Of a stretch of 64,000 nucleotides of DNA, positions 12,256-25,442 are shown in pieces; within the stretch, counting starts at the first letter, position 1; each line of letters starts with the position of its first letter. Position numbers and translations under genes: made by a program. The notes under the pieces were generated by a model, which saw only the letters and a program-made list of their open reading frames with translations, had not been told where the DNA came from and made no database searches. Origin of the DNA: Octopus vulgaris (Eukaryota); the NCBI GenBank assembly GCA_951406725.2, contig OX597814.1, positions 49,352,001-49,416,000 on the forward strand, read 5' to 3'.

Positions 12256-12854
12256 ATTAAGAAAGCTACTAAAGACAGCACTTAGCATGAATTAATCCTT
12301 TTCCTTTTATGTCACTACCTATAAAACATTGTTTTGGTATATTGTGGGCAAGAGTTCCTTTGCCATAAAGATGAATTTGTTGTGTCTCTTCATTTAGAAA
12401 CTACAATATTGGTGATGAGGTTTTTACCATCCAAATAAGTAGGAACTGATTTGGTTACAAACACATTCTGGAGTTTGTTTGTGACAGTTCCTGGACATTC
12501 ACTTTTAGACATGTTAAAATAAATGAATTTAATGGTGAAAATTTTGAATTAAGTTTGTGTTGATTGTGTGATAGTGATCTTATTAAAGATGCAGGCAAAG
12601 AAAGAGCCATACTTCTCAGTGCCTATGATACCCCCACATACAATTTGTTCTGCACTTTATTGTTCCAACCAAACTTAGTGACCATACATACACAAACCTA
12701 GTTGAATCAATAACTAAACATCTGTAATCCATACCCAACCCTGTTGTTGAAAGGTTTAGATTCAATAAACACTACAGTTTACCCAGTTGAACTACAGAAA
12801 GTATATGTTGGCATTACATCAAATAACTGAATATAAGCCACTCTAAATGACATG

Positions 12855-13073
12855 TTAACCCTTTTGTTACCAACCCGGCTCTGGCTCTGTAGTACAAATG
12901 TCTTGTTTTCATAAGTTTTGAATTAAAATCTTCCACCAAACCTTGGTCACAATTTATGTTCCTAACAATAGTTTAATGATAACTAAGTTATTCTACTAAA
13001 TTCTTTGTTATATTTAAAATAATTGAAAGAAACACAGAGCATCTCAAAATAAATAGAATAACGAAAGGGTTAA
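12855..13073. mobile_element. piggyBac-type MITE, family 1 (TTAA target duplication, CCCTTT...AAAGGG termini)
   Basis: ttaa|cccttttgttacc...taacgaaaggg|ttaa, with near-identical copies at 17102, 26067 and 47023. Confidence 0.85.
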
Positions 13074-13973
13074 ACTATCTTGTGTGGCATTGAAAATGAC
13101 AGAATCCAGTTACATCTTTTCATTGAAAGTACCATGAAGTCTATCATGGTCAAATCAGCAATAATTCAAAATCAAGAACACTTGCTGTCAGTCAAGCAGA
13201 GTTTGAAGGTCAATGTGTGTTCAAAGTTAAGCAATGTTTTTACTATAAAAACCCAAGACACATCGTTAAAATGTGTTGCAAGAATGCAAGATCTGAGCAT
13301 CACTCAAAACCTAACCATGCTACCCATATACTTTGAAATGATCATTCCACCATGTCGTCAACTTTCAACAGCCATACAGATATATATATATATATGTATA
13401 AAGTAAGGAAGCACCATACTGATCCCATGATTGCCAACATTTGTGTCAGTGGATTGACTTACCCATAAAAGTTGATACTGAAGTGTTTGTTGGTTATTAA
13501 TGAAACTACTCTTACCCAACTGCAATTAATCACCAGACCACTACAAATTCAGCCAACTACCATCAAACTTTGCACCTACACTGAGAAAACTGTACTCCTC
13601 TAAAACTGTTGAGGCATCATCTAGGAACTGTTGAAGTCAGAAAAAGGACATTCCTTATGGTCACTCCTGGGAAAGGACCAGGCTCTGCCGAGTCAAAATT
13701 GGTTATAACACTTTCAACTGGGAGAAATTGTTCAGCCTTGTACCTACAAACAGTGCAAATATAGTCATGCAACAAAAACTGGTTGTTCTAAAAAAAATGA
13801 GTATGGTGGGGTACTCAGTAAAGCTCTAAATACATTAAAGCTGTTCCAGTGTTTTCTTAAGCTAGGCTTGTTCCATATTCCCCCAAAAGATGGAATTTAA
13901 GTCAGGCTTGAGAAATTAGTGCAAGAAGGTATTTGTCAGTTTGAAAATTACTCAAAATGGGATTCTTCAGTAA

Positions 13974-14398
13974 TCATCATCATCATTTAACATCCGCTTT
14001 CCATGCTAGCATGGGTTGGACGATTTGACTGAGGTCTGGCGAACCAGACTCCAATCTGATCTGGCATTGTTTCTACAGCTGGATGCCCTTCCTAATGCCA
14101 ACCACTCTGAGAGTGTAGTGGGTGCTTTTACGTGCCGCCGGCACGAGGGCCAGTTTAGTGGTACTGGCAACGGCCACGTTCAAATGGTGCTTTATACGTG
14201 CCACCTACACAAGAGCCAGTCCAGCGGCACTGGCGACGTCCTTGCTCGAATGTTTCACATGCCACCAGCACAAGTGCTAGTAAGGCGACATGGTAACGAT
14301 CACGTTCGAATGGTGTGCTTAACGTTCCACTGGCACAAAGGCCAGTTTGTTGCTCAGGCAACGATCTCACTCGTATGGTACTCTTAGCGCTCCACTAA
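13974..14398 (-). mobile_element. RTE-related non-autonomous element with GTGCC/GGCAC subrepeats
   Basis: (cat)n-tttaacatccgctttccatgctagcatggg...ctggatgcccttcctaatgccaaccactc, followed by repeated ttttacgtgccac..gcac units. Confidence 0.85.
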
Positions 14399-14409
14399 CA
14401 GCGGATAGG

Positions 14410-14970
14410 ATGGGATGACAATCTGTGGAGATAATAAACAAATTGTCAACAAATCAGCCATTGTCATAGCCCTCCTCATTATGCAACTCTGAATTAGCTA
14501 TGATGGTTACCTTGTTTGGGGTGCCAGAGTAAATTATTCCTCCCAATCTAAAGGAGATAGTGCTCAGTCAACTTTACCTTTGAACACACATCCAGATGTC
14601 AGTAGGATGCAGACACTAGTCAGATGCCATGTTCAGTGACCAAAAATGAATAGGGACATAGAAACTTATGTTAGAAGTTGCAGTGAATGTTAGATGTATG
14701 CCAACATGCTAATCAGTATTCCAATACACCTCTGGGAGCAGTCTTTGAGTTCATACATTCATCCGTATACCTTATACAGGGCCATTTCTGGCAGGATGGT
14801 TTTGATTGTTGTAGACACTTCAGATGGATAAAAATTTCCCTTCTCTAGCAACTGTTGAAAAACTTAGATCTGTTTTTGCAACACATGACCTTCCAAACAT
14901 TTATGTATTAGCTAATGGTTCTGCTTTTATAAGTGATGAATTTCCAAAGTTTATGTCTTTAAATGGTCTA
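14410..14970 (+). mobile_element. Ty3/Gypsy integrase remnant
   Basis: Degenerate HHCC region (HPDVSRMQTLVRCHVQ*PKMNRDIETYVRSCSEC), a GPFL/VLIVVD segment and TVEKLRSVFATHDLPNIYVLANGSAFISDEFPKFMSLNGL (the DNG..F..F..F...NGI motif). Confidence 0.8.
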
Positions 14971-15670
14971 CGTGTGCATTCTTGTCACGTACTCTTCCAT
15001 GTCTTCCCTAATTATTATCCCTACTCTCCCTACTTATCATCCCTCAACACCTATCCTTCATTATATTCACCCTGTCGCCATTCTTCATTTCTCTCACATT
15101 CTCCTATACACTCTTGCAACCTCTACCCACCCAAACAATCTGTTCTGTTCACACATGCTTCTACTCACCTGTACCTTGAGGGCTCACCCTAACACCTCAT
15201 CACCACTGTTTTATCTTTTTCTGGTTTCATTCTGGTAATTCCCACCCTTTTTCTATGATGTGAGCAGCCATTTGTTTGAAACCAGCAAAATATTTGTTAA
15301 CCTTAGTCAAAAACTGATATTTTAATAGATCTGGCTGAGGTAATGGAGGATTAAAGTTCAGTAGTTTATTTTTTAGGTCTTTCTAATATTTTTCCCACCC
15401 TTTACTAATTATGTTTGTACCGAATAGCTTAACTCATGATAGATTTGGAATGCAGTCTTATGTCTGTTAGTACTTTTTGTGTCCCCACTTTAGCTAATTC
15501 AACTACTTTCTTCTTTCCCTTAATATCTGTATGGCTGGGTATCCAAATAATTATTACATGTTTATTATTTTCTGATAAATAATTATTTCATTTCAGGAGA
15601 TTACTCACAATTTTTTTTAAAATCCACCTGCTTTTTCTTGACTGAAATAGTTTTAGGTTTGAATGAACTG

Positions 15671-16095
15671 TTACTCTTTTCTCTTTACTCTTTTACTTGT
15701 TTCAGTCATTTTGACTGCAGCCATGCTGGAGCACCGCCTTTAATCGAGCAATTCGACCCCAGGACTTATTATTTTGTAAGCCCAGTACTTATTCTATCGG
15801 TCTCTTTTGCCGAACCGCTAAGTAACGGGGACATAAACACACCAGCATCGGTTGTCAAGCAATGCTAGGGGGACAAATATAGATACACAAACACACACAC
15901 GCACATATATATATATATATATACATATATACGACGGGCTTCTTTCAGTTTCCGTCTACCAAATCCACTCACAAGGCATTGGTCGGCCTGAGGCTATAGT
16001 AGAAGACACTTGCCCAAGGTGCCACGCAATGGGACTGAACCCGGAACCATGTGGTTGGTAAACAAGCTACTTACCACAGCCACTCCTGCGCCTAT
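15671..16095 (-). mobile_element. tRNA-derived SINE family B, full length, internal (TA)n
   Basis: Reverse complement of the 50096-50494 copy. A box tggctgtggt, B box ggttcagtccc, CORE-like accttgggcaagtgtc and an (aaaagagt)n tail. Confidence 0.9.
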
Positions 16096-17101
16096 GTTGG
16101 TAAAAAAAAAATCTTTTTCTCGTGATATTTCTTCAACAGAATCTAAAGATGTTATACCCTGCCACACTCCCTCAGATATTGTGAAATCATGATGTAATCT
16201 GACGCTCATATTTGTATTATTATTTTGAAAGGTCCTACCCCATTGTCTGAATCTGACGCATCTGTATAACTGGCCCAGTTGTTAAAACAGTTTGATTGTG
16301 CAATGTTATTGTGGTATTCTTTTACATCCGCTCTTGATTTTCTTTATCGTTATTCTGTAGGATTTTGATTGTCTTAAAGTAACGATATGCCATATACCTT
16401 TCATTCCTCTTTCCCCTTTTTCACAACTATGCCTCTCTGTCTCTTTTTGACTTTCTTAATTCTCTTATTTAAAATTTTCTGTATTCTTTCCTTTCTTTCT
16501 GTTTCTATTTTCCTTTTCTTTTTATCTCTTTGTCTCATAGTTTTCTTATTTTATTCATTAATTGTATTCCATTTATTATTTTTATATTCATTGTTATTTC
16601 TATCCTATAACTTGTGTTTAAAGTGAGTAACACTACAAACACTTGGAGTAATGATGGTATAATATCTCAATTTTAATTGCTGTTAATTTGTATTTATTGG
16701 GGTGACTACATAAATTTTATTGAACTGTAAATCAGAGAGAAAAGTTAAGAGAAATATTATCGCTATGAAAATCACAAACTTCTCTCTTTCAATCTCTAGC
16801 AATGAATTTGAATTTAATAAGATTTTTTAGAAGCTATAATTGTCAAAAATCTATGGAACATTCATACACTAGCGTTATACATCCTTTCTCCTATCATTTC
16901 ATTCCAACTTTTACACATCCTACACATTCAATGTCCATGTTTCACTACCATGAAACATTGCCTTTCATACCCATGCATATCATTGGCCTTTCATTCAGAC
17001 AGGTAATTTCTTTATTGCCAGTAGAGATAATATCCTTCTGATGTTTTTCTCACTCTGACATAAATTACAACTAATTTACCTTTCTTGAGTTTTATTCACC
17101 A

Positions 17102-17331
17102 TTAACCCTTTCGATATCAACCTGGCTGAAACCACCTCTAGCTCTGTAGTACAAATATCTTGTTTTTATAAGGTTTAAATTAAAACCTTCCACCAAAACT
17201 TAGTCACAATTTATGTTCCTAACACTAGCTGAATGATAACTACGTTATTTTACTAAATTCTTTGTTATATTTAAAAATAATTGAAAGAAACGGAGAGCTT
17301 CGCAAAATAAATACGGTAACGAAAGGGTTAT
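17102..17331. mobile_element. piggyBac-type MITE, family 1
   Basis: ttaa|ccctttcgatatc...gtaacgaaaggg|ttat, with internal sequence matching the 12855 copy. Confidence 0.85.
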
Positions 17332-17520
17332 ACAAAATATATAGTGCTTGATACAAACTGAAATAGGGATGATTCACTGTAGCACAACAAACACAGGATG
17401 CAGCTTTAGTTCTATAACAGCTGATTATAATTCATTATCCCCACATTTTCAGGTTGAACTCCATTACGTATCAGCCAGTATTGATAGCTAAATTAAGAAA
17501 CATTAATGACAAACATACAC

Positions 17521-17886
17521 ATCATCATCATCATTTAGCATCCATTGTCCAATGCTGGCATGGGTTGGCTGCACTAGACTCCTGTCTGATTTGACATGGT
17601 TTCTATGGCTGGATGCCCTTCCTAATGCCAACCACTCTGAGAGTATAATGGGTATATTTACATGCCATAGGCATGGATGTCATTTGCGTGACACCGGTAT
17701 CTGCCATGACTGTGATTTTACTTGGCTTGATAGGTCTTCTCAAGCACGACATAATGTCAAAGGCCTCAGTCATTGCCTCCGTGAAGCCCAACACTTGAAA
17801 GGAGCTTTTCACGTGCCACCGGCATCAGCCACTTTGCTTCAGTGAGGCCCAATGCTCGAAAGGTGCTTTTCACATGCCACCAGCAA
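17521..17886 (-). mobile_element. RTE-related non-autonomous element
   Basis: (cat)n tail, ctggatgcccttcctaatgccaaccactctgagag and cacgtgccacc subrepeats. Confidence 0.8.
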
Positions 17887-18090
17887 GGTCTATATATATA
17901 TTATAATATATAGTCCTTTAAGTGAAAGGAGTGGAATAACAAGGCAAAGCAGAGTAGGTAGATGTCAAAGAGGGTTCATCATCTCTACTCACCACCTCCT
18001 GATGATCTGTTTCAGAAGAACCATCTGTTCATAAATGTAGAAGCATCATCTTGAGGTATCATTTATTTGGGAGACTCAGATACTGCTGGT

Positions 18091-18426
18091 TTAGGTACAA
18101 GATTGGATAGATAAACATTTTATAATAGTTTTGGTAATCATATCTGCACATGAGAGAGCAAAGAAGAACTTTGAGAATTCATCCACAATGGTCAGCAAAT
18201 AGCTTTCTCTTTTTTCTTTCTTTTCTTTTTGTTTTGTAGTTGAGAGGAGAGGTCCCTTAGAAACAAGGCCTAGTTTCTCAAAGATCTGAGTAGCCTTTAT
18301 CACATTAGCAGGTATTGGATTATAAAACCTTGGCTTTATCTCAGCACATGTGCAGCACGTAAAGATCATTCTTTTGACTTCCTCAGCAGAATATAGAAGA
18401 TTTCTGGCACACACAAAATGAAACAC
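18091..18426 (-). mobile_element. Ty3/Gypsy integrase remnant
   Basis: HFVCARNLLYSAEEVKRMIFTCCTCAEIKPRF...IKATQIFEKL...KGPL...YLLTIVDEFSKFFFA, i.e. the HHCC tail and start of the DDE core. Confidence 0.85.
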
Positions 18427-18436
18427 CCTTAAGTCC

Positions 18437-18745
18437 TTAACAAGGAAGAATTTGGTCTTGCAACAGACACAGCAGGCATTCCTTCAGCCTAAGCTTCCAC
18501 CTGGTGAATCCACTCCATAATACAGCTGGAGGCTTGTGAGTATTTTCACTCTTGCCTGTGCAAACATATTTGGTATCATACCTAATTAGTGGAGTTTTCA
18601 CCCTCCATCTGAAATCTATGGTACCAGAGCCATGGAACCTTGTAGAGGAGACATTGGCTATATCTAGCCTATAGCATTTGGCCTCCTCTGCTAGTTCCTG
18701 CTCTTCACCTGTGATGGTTGTGACATTCCAATTCCTCATGTTGTC
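18437..18745 (-). mobile_element. RTE-type LINE AP-endonuclease N-terminal remnant
   Basis: NWNVTTITGEEQELAEEAKCYRLDIANVSSTRFHGSGTI fits the WNV...DI...S/ET motif of APE domains. Confidence 0.75.
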
Positions 18746-19211
18746 TCCTCCTGGACCTGCTTCAGGATCCCAGGACACACATCGTTTGTGCTGCCATGTC
18801 ACACCTCCTAGAAGAAGTTGCAGTCTTATTGCTGGTTATAGCAACATTGGGTGGAAATTGCAGTATGCTTTTCTAACAGATTCCTTTACCTGAGATCCAA
18901 ATGTATCCCTTGTTAATCCCTGCAACAGATGATGCAATATGTTTGTTCTTTTGAACCCCTTTCATATTGCAGTTTTTTTGGTGGTCTTATTCATGCCAGG
19001 AACCAAGCTTGTATTTGTTTGTGACCCACAAGAGGTAGGAAATATGAAACAGAAATAGGTGAAGTATCTGAAGGGGATCATTTAAAGGAAAAAAAAGGTT
19101 TGAATAGTGTCATAGAAATAAACCAGAGAGGGTAGATAAGCTGTGGGCAAAGTACAATGAGAGAAAAGAGTTAGAGGGCAGAGGCATGATGAGTGAACAC
19201 AAGATATAAAT

Positions 19212-19560
19212 GCTGGTAGAGCTACGTGTTTAAGATGTTTACTTTAAAATAACAAGGTTTAGGATTCATTCTCACTGCATGGGTACTATTCACTGATGTC
19301 ATTTACTATAGCCACGGGTTTGCCAATGTCTTGTGAGTGAAATTGGTTAATGGAAACTGAAAGAAGCTTGTCATATGTGAATGTATGTTTGTGTCTTTTC
19401 CTTCTTTTCACATTTGTGTGCTGATTCAAAACAAAGTCACTTTTCACACAAACGGTGTCATTTGTTTACAATTTTCCATAAAAACATATTCAGCCATTGA
19501 GCTATTCATTATGTGAAGAACTAAGAAAAATATTACAGTACTTGTAAACAACTGAGGATT
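19212..19560 (+). mobile_element. Degenerate SINE related to family B head
   Basis: ttactatagccacggg...ttgtgagtgaaattggttaatggaaactgaaagaagc matches family B. Further eroded copies lie near 720-850, 35690-35870, 37800-37920 and 56385-56440. Confidence 0.55.
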
Positions 19561-21175
19561 GATAATCAGAAGAACATCTGATGATATAAGATCATGGAAA
19601 AGAGGATGTTAAATGATAATGGTGGTGGTGGTGGTAACAGCAGCAAAGGCAGAGTAATAGAAGAGAGATAAATTAAGAGGATGTTGTACTGAATGCTATA
19701 ACAAACAATTCTTAATTGAACTTTTCCACTGCTGAAGTTTTTAGCAACACTCAAAGAAGAGGGAGATAGTTCCAAGAAATTAAGAATTAATCTCTTAATG
19801 TTAATTTACATGTATCTAACTTTATGATGATGATGTTGTACATACATGAACTACATACTGGTGCTGAACCAACAATATCCACTCTACTACTCAATAGGGA
19901 CTGTTTTCTTAAGAGCAATTATGACTATATAACATTGTGCTACAACACAATCAGTTCTCTGTAAATGACATCTGTGACCTGGTTTTTTAAAAATTCCCCG
20001 TTATAGTTTTATTTTTAAGATGTTAATATATCTCAAAAAGACATGAACATCACAACTTCTCTTTGTTCACTACTTATAAATATGAAACTTATGGGTTAAA
20101 TATTATTGTTGTCTAACCCTAAATATGATCTGGTATACCAAACTAGAGCTGAGGTTCACATCTGCACTAATTTGTTATCTATAGAAGGATTAAAACCTCT
20201 TAATCTCTTCAACAAATTATATGTATGTATGTGTGTGTGTGTGCATGTGTACTGATACGAATGCTCAGTCTCTAATCAAATTGAAATCATCCCTACCTCA
20301 TACAGATGACACATGAACATACTGAAAACATCTTTCCATATTTTCTTTCTAGTAGTCCTAATAGTCAAATTTTGGATGTTAGTGTGTGAAATTTATTATT
20401 TTTATCAGGGTTTTTTTTTCATCTTAATCACCACTTCCGTCTCTAAAAAAAATAATTCTATCTCTTCTGTAATAACATTCATTGTTGATACTGATGACGA
20501 TTTCTTCCTTTGGAATGAAAACTTATACAGAAAAGGAAATGGAAAGCCCTTATCACCTCACCAGTGTCTAAAATTGTCACATGCTCAGAGAAAGCACAGT
20601 AGGGTTAATTTGGTATCTGACTGCTGCTTATGTTGTTGGCTCTGTAAAGATGGGATGAAAGCTATATTTGATGCTGACAAGGTTGTAACTAAATGTTACA
20701 AGACATCATCAAGGCTTTAATGTTTCTACTGTAAAAAATAATTTCTAACTTAGCACATAGTCATTAATTTTGAAGAAATGGTGTTATCAACTTCCAACTT
20801 TAATTGACCCTAGCACTTGACTGGTACTTAGGACTTGGTACTTACTTATCAACCCTGAAAGGATGAAAGGCAATGTTAACCTCAGTGGGTTTTAAACACA
20901 GTCTAGAATGTTACTAAATACCATATGCCTATTTAATTGTCTTTTAGTCTCCACAATTTCTGCGACATTATTGCTCATATTATTAACAACAACAATGATG
21001 GTGATGATAATGACAATGACAACGGTTTCTTTTTTCCTAATAATGGCTTGTTAGAGCTGTTGAAACCATGCAGGACACTCTCAGCACAGTGACACCTGGC
21101 ACATTAAATTCTTTATCGAACTTGTTAATAATAGGTTCAGTAAGGAATTTAGTGTGCTAGGTGTTCATTAAGCAG

Positions 21176-21478
21176 AGGCACAATGGCCCAGTGGTTAGGG
21201 CAGCGGAATCATGGTCGGAAGATCGCAGTTTCGATACCCAGACCGGGCGTTGTGTGTGTTAATTGAGTGAAAACACTTGAAACCCCCACGAGGCTCCAGC
21301 AGGGGATGGTGGCATCTCCTGTTGTACTCTCTCACCACAACTTTCTCTCACTCTCTCTTCCTGTTTCTTGAGTAACGCTGTGATGGACTGGCATCCCGTC
21401 CAGCTGGAGGGAACACATACGCCACAGAAACTGGGAAACTAGGCCCATGAGCCTGGCTAGGCTTGAAAAGGGCAACGT
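21176..21478 (+). mobile_element. tRNA-derived SINE (V-domain-like)
   Basis: A box tggcccagtggttagg, B box gtttcgataccc, and central gatggactggcatcccgtccag...acagaaactggg resembling the recalled V-SINE domain. Ends in a T-run. Confidence 0.75.
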
Positions 21479-22382
21479 TTTTTTTAGGTGTTCATTAAGG
21501 CTTGCTTTTTTTTTTCTCTCACCACCACTTGCAAATTCATTTCAGTTCTAGAAGAGGTGAGGCTCTTTCTATACCTAAAAAGTGTGATGTTATCCAAATC
21601 TCCAGTGACAAAACTTGTGATAGCCCAATGTTCCTGTCTAGAATAAACTGTCTCTCAACTAATTAATACTATGACAACTGAAATAAACTTCATCACAGTC
21701 CTCCAATCTATGGTGCTACAAGTCACTGCTCAAATTAGTTGAAATCAACTCTCCTTAGACAACCCTTTCATTGACACTCCAGATATTTCAAACCTTAGTT
21801 ATGTGATAAAATTATAAGAAATAATTGAGTGACAAAGTCTCAGCCAAGTTGTTGTTTAGCTCCAGGTTATCCTTGATCCAGCATACCTATTATCTAAGGC
21901 ATTCCAACAATGACTATCCTCTCTTTTTCACAGCGAGTGTATCTACAACTACATTTTCCTAATATGTCTTTCTTAATTTAAAACAGTAGCATGTAATTTA
22001 TAAAAGATTTGGTTGCTATTTATAGCAGGTTTAATTACCATGTAGAGACTCCCTCAGATTTGTCATCATCAGCTGATTTGTATCACAAAGTCATGTGGCT
22101 GTAAAACCTCTAATCGACAATGTTCAGAATTTGTTTTGCAAGAACTTATATATATGGAAAACGGACGCTAAATGATGATGATGATGATACTCTTTACTCT
22201 TTTACTTGTGTCAGTCATTTGACTGGCCATGCTGGAGCACCACCTTTAGTCGAGCAAATCAACCCCAGGACTTATTCTTTGTAAGCCTAGTATTTATTCT
22301 ATCAGTCTCTTTTGCTGAATCGCACATTGTCAAGCAATGTTGGGGGACAAATACACACATATATATATATATATATATATTA

Positions 22383-25084
22383 TAAAAAAGGAGATGTGGA
22401 ACACGAGTTGTGATATATAAAATAAGGAAATGAAGAAAATGCTGACAAAATAATTTAAGTAAGGGAGAGTGTATTTAATTAGGTGAAAGTTCTTTTTACC
22501 GGCTGCGCATTTGTTATGCTTATCAAAAGATATTTTTTTAAGAGAGATAGAGTTCCTTTCTGATAGATTTTTTTCTCTTATCTGACTTTATGTTGGGTTT
22601 GCTGTCTCTTATATGTGAAAAAAGAGGCTCCAGAGTTGTTTAAGATTTGCTTGGTTTCGCGCCTAAAATTTCTTGTGGACAATGGTCAATACAATTTTGA
22701 TTGGTCATTATAAAGGGGTCACGTGAATGTTTGAATGGAAGTTGGTGTTGGGGTAAAAAAATAGGCTCCAGAGATGTTAAAATTTGGCTAGTGTCGTGCC
22801 TAAAATTTCTTATTGGTCATAATAAAAAGGTCACGTGGATGTGGTCATAATAGAGAGGTCATGTGAATGTTTAGAATGAATGTTGCTGTGGGTGGTGTAT
22901 GGAGTTTTCGAAAATAGCGTTGTTGAAAATTCTTATTGTTCAGGCTGGTCAGTAGACGTCATGTGGATATTTTAAATAGCTTTTTAGCATGTAGTTAAGG
23001 AGTGTATTTTCCGCTTGACTGAATTTGAGCTGGATAAGTAAGTTCGTTTAGGACAGGAAGAGCTATATGTATGTATGTGTGTGCGCGCGTGTGTGTGTGT
23101 GTGTATTTATATGTATGTTGGGGTGCGCGCGTGTGTATATATGTGTGCGTGTGTGGGTACAATTTTCAATATTTATAGTTCTGCTGGCCTTGTGCCTGTA
23201 TCGGGAAGCAACGTGTTTGTGTGAAGTCAATACTTACAGTCCAATTCATGCCACCCTAGACACGTTAAAATTAACATTCCCTACAACTTAGCCAAGAGAA
23301 TTTGCACTATAGTCTCCAATAAAAACACCCGTCTCTTACGTCTACAAGAACTTAAGGACACATTAACAAGCAGGGATTACCCCACGTCACCAATTGACAG
23401 TGGGATCCAACGCGCCCTAAAACTCAGCACACAGGAACTTAGACGCCCTAAACCTGTTACATCGAAACCCCATACTCTACCATACATCTCTACACACAAC
23501 CCCCTCAACAATGAAGCTTTTGACACCATCCTCCAGAACATTCCTGTATTAAAAAAGGACCATAGAATGAACCAAATCCTCCTAACACACGAAATCATAA
23601 AGAGCAAAAGGCAACCCAAATCATTGAAAACCATCCTAACAAATGCCAAAGTACTGCCAACCACAACAACTAAACCCACAGTAAACAAATGCAATAGACC
23701 CAACTGTGGTATATGCATTAACCTAATAGAAGGTCCGGAATTCCTTTTTAAACAAGGACAACGTTTAACAGTAAAACACAACTTCACATGCGCATCAGAA
23801 AACCTAGTATATGTCTTAACTTGCTCGGGCTGTAATGAACACTACATAGGCCAAACTAAAAATAGCCTCCGCCAACGCATGACTGTCCACAGATCCCAAA
23901 TAAAAATACAGGAATACAGGAAAATAGCACTTAGTGCACATATTGATACCTGTGCCGCACAACTTCATCCCAATTTTAGAATCTTTCCCCTCTACAAATT
24001 TAAAGACAATGCCACTCATACCCAGCGAATAACCATGGAATCCCACCTTATTAATAAATACAGACCACTTCTAAACACATCCCCCTAACACGAACCCACA
24101 ACAAACACACTTACACCTGCACACACCCTACACACACTTTTACCCAGATATTAACACCATGATACATGCAAATATATGGTTCCACACATACACATAATTT
24201 GATACGGGTGCAAAACATCCAACACTATTTTTTGGAAATGACTGTAAATATTGATTTCACACAAACACGTTGCTTCCCGATACAGGCACAAGGCCAGCAG
24301 AACTATAAATATTGAAAATTGTACCCACACACGCACACATATATACATGCGCGCGCGCCCCAACATACATATAAACACACACACACACACACATGCGTGC
24401 GCACACATACATACATATAGCTCTTCCTGTCCTAAACGAACTTGCTTATCCAGCTCAAATTCAGTCAAGCGGAAAATACACTCCTTAACTACATGCTAAA
24501 AAGCTATTTAAAATATCCACATGACGTCTACTGACCAGCCTGAACAATAAGAATTTTCAACAACTCAAAACTCCATACACCACCCACAGCAACAACTTCA
24601 AAACTCCATACACCACCCACAGCAACATTCATTCTAAACATTCACATGACCTCTCTATTATGACCACATCCACGTGACCTCTTTATTATGACCAATAAGA
24701 AATTTTAGGCACGACACCAGCCAAATTTTAACATCTCTGGAGCCTATTTTCTTACCCCAACTCCAACTTCCATTCAAACATTCACGTGACCCCTTTATAA
24801 TGACCAATCAAAATTGTATTGACCATTGTCCACAAGAAATTTTAGGCGCGAAACCAAGCAAATCTTAAACAACTCTGGAGCCTCTTTTTTCACATATAAG
24901 AGACAGCAAACCCAACATAAAGTCAGATAAGAGAAAAAAATCTATCAGAAAGGAACTCTATCTCTCTTAAAAAAATATCTTTTGATAAGCATAACAAATG
25001 CGCAGCCGGTAAAAAGAACTTTCACCTAATTAAATACACTCTCCCTTACTTAAATTATTTTGTCAGCATTTTCTTCATTTCCTT

Positions 25085-25090
<6 letters not shown>
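22383..25090 (+). mobile_element. 5'-truncated Penelope-like element (Neptune-like) with inverted ~820-bp terminal arms
   Basis: The left arm ~22424-23241 is the reverse complement of the right arm ~24240-25084. The central ORF fragment encodes a GIY-YIG endonuclease, and both ends abut (TA)n. Confidence 0.9.
23243..24088 (+). CDS. Penelope-like element ORF C-terminus (RT thumb/linker plus GIY-YIG endonuclease), 5'-truncated, stop-free
   Basis: NSCHPRHVKINIPYNLAKRICTIVSN...KCNRPNCGIC...NLVYVLTCSGCNEHYIGQTKNSLRQRMTVHRSQIK...AHID...ITMESHLINKYRPLLN, showing the VY...YIG motif, conserved R, E and N, and a Cys-rich linker. Confidence 0.9.
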   Translation, partial: NSCHPRHVKINIPYNLAKRICTIVSNKNTRLLRLQELKDTLTSRDYPTSPIDSGIQRALKLSTQELRRPKPVTSKPHTLPYISTHNPLNNEAFDTILQNIPVLKKDHRMNQILLTHEIIKSKRQPKSLKTILTNAKVLPTTTTKPTVNKCNRPNCGICINLIEGPEFLFKQGQRLTVKHNFTCASENLVYVLTCSGCNEHYIGQTKNSLRQRMTVHRSQIKIQEYRKIALSAHIDTCAAQLHPNFRIFPLYKFKDNATHTQRITMESHLINKYRPLLNTSP

Positions 25091-25153
<63 letters not shown>

Positions 25154-25374
25154 TATACGACAGGCTTCTTTCAGTTTCCATCTACCAAAGCTTTGGTTGG
25201 CACGAGGCTATAGTAGAGGACACTTGCCAAAGGTGCCACACAGTGGGAATGAACCTGGAACCATGTGGTTGGTAAGCAAGCTACTTACCACACAGCCACT
25301 CTTGCACCTAATAAAGACAGGCAAAATACTGTTAAGCATTTCGCCCTGTGTACTAATGTTTCTGCCAGTTCACC

Positions 25375-25378
<4 letters not shown>

Positions 25379-25440
<62 letters not shown>
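25379..25440. repeat. (TA)n microsatellite
   Basis: Perfect dinucleotide run. Confidence 0.95.

Positions 25441-25442
<2 letters not shown>

Larger units (their letters stand above)
22188..25310 (-). mobile_element. SINE family B split by a Penelope insertion (3' part 22188-22380, 5' part 25091-25310)
   Basis: The two halves rejoin into a continuous family-B SINE when 22383-25090 is removed. The break lies in the internal (TA)n. Confidence 0.85.

Noticed and set aside
12300-13750. Possible coding remnant, including ORF 13080-13406
   Set aside because: It looks like eroded TE sequence, but no family motif could be recognised with confidence.
21176-21250. tRNA-like heads here and at 50096 and 62351
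   Set aside because: A and B boxes are present, but the sequences continue into SINE bodies and lack a complete cloverleaf, so they are not called as tRNA genes.
23377-24046. Minus-strand ORFs of 136 aa and 76 aa
   Set aside because: They are antisense shadows of the Penelope ORF with no recognisable motifs.
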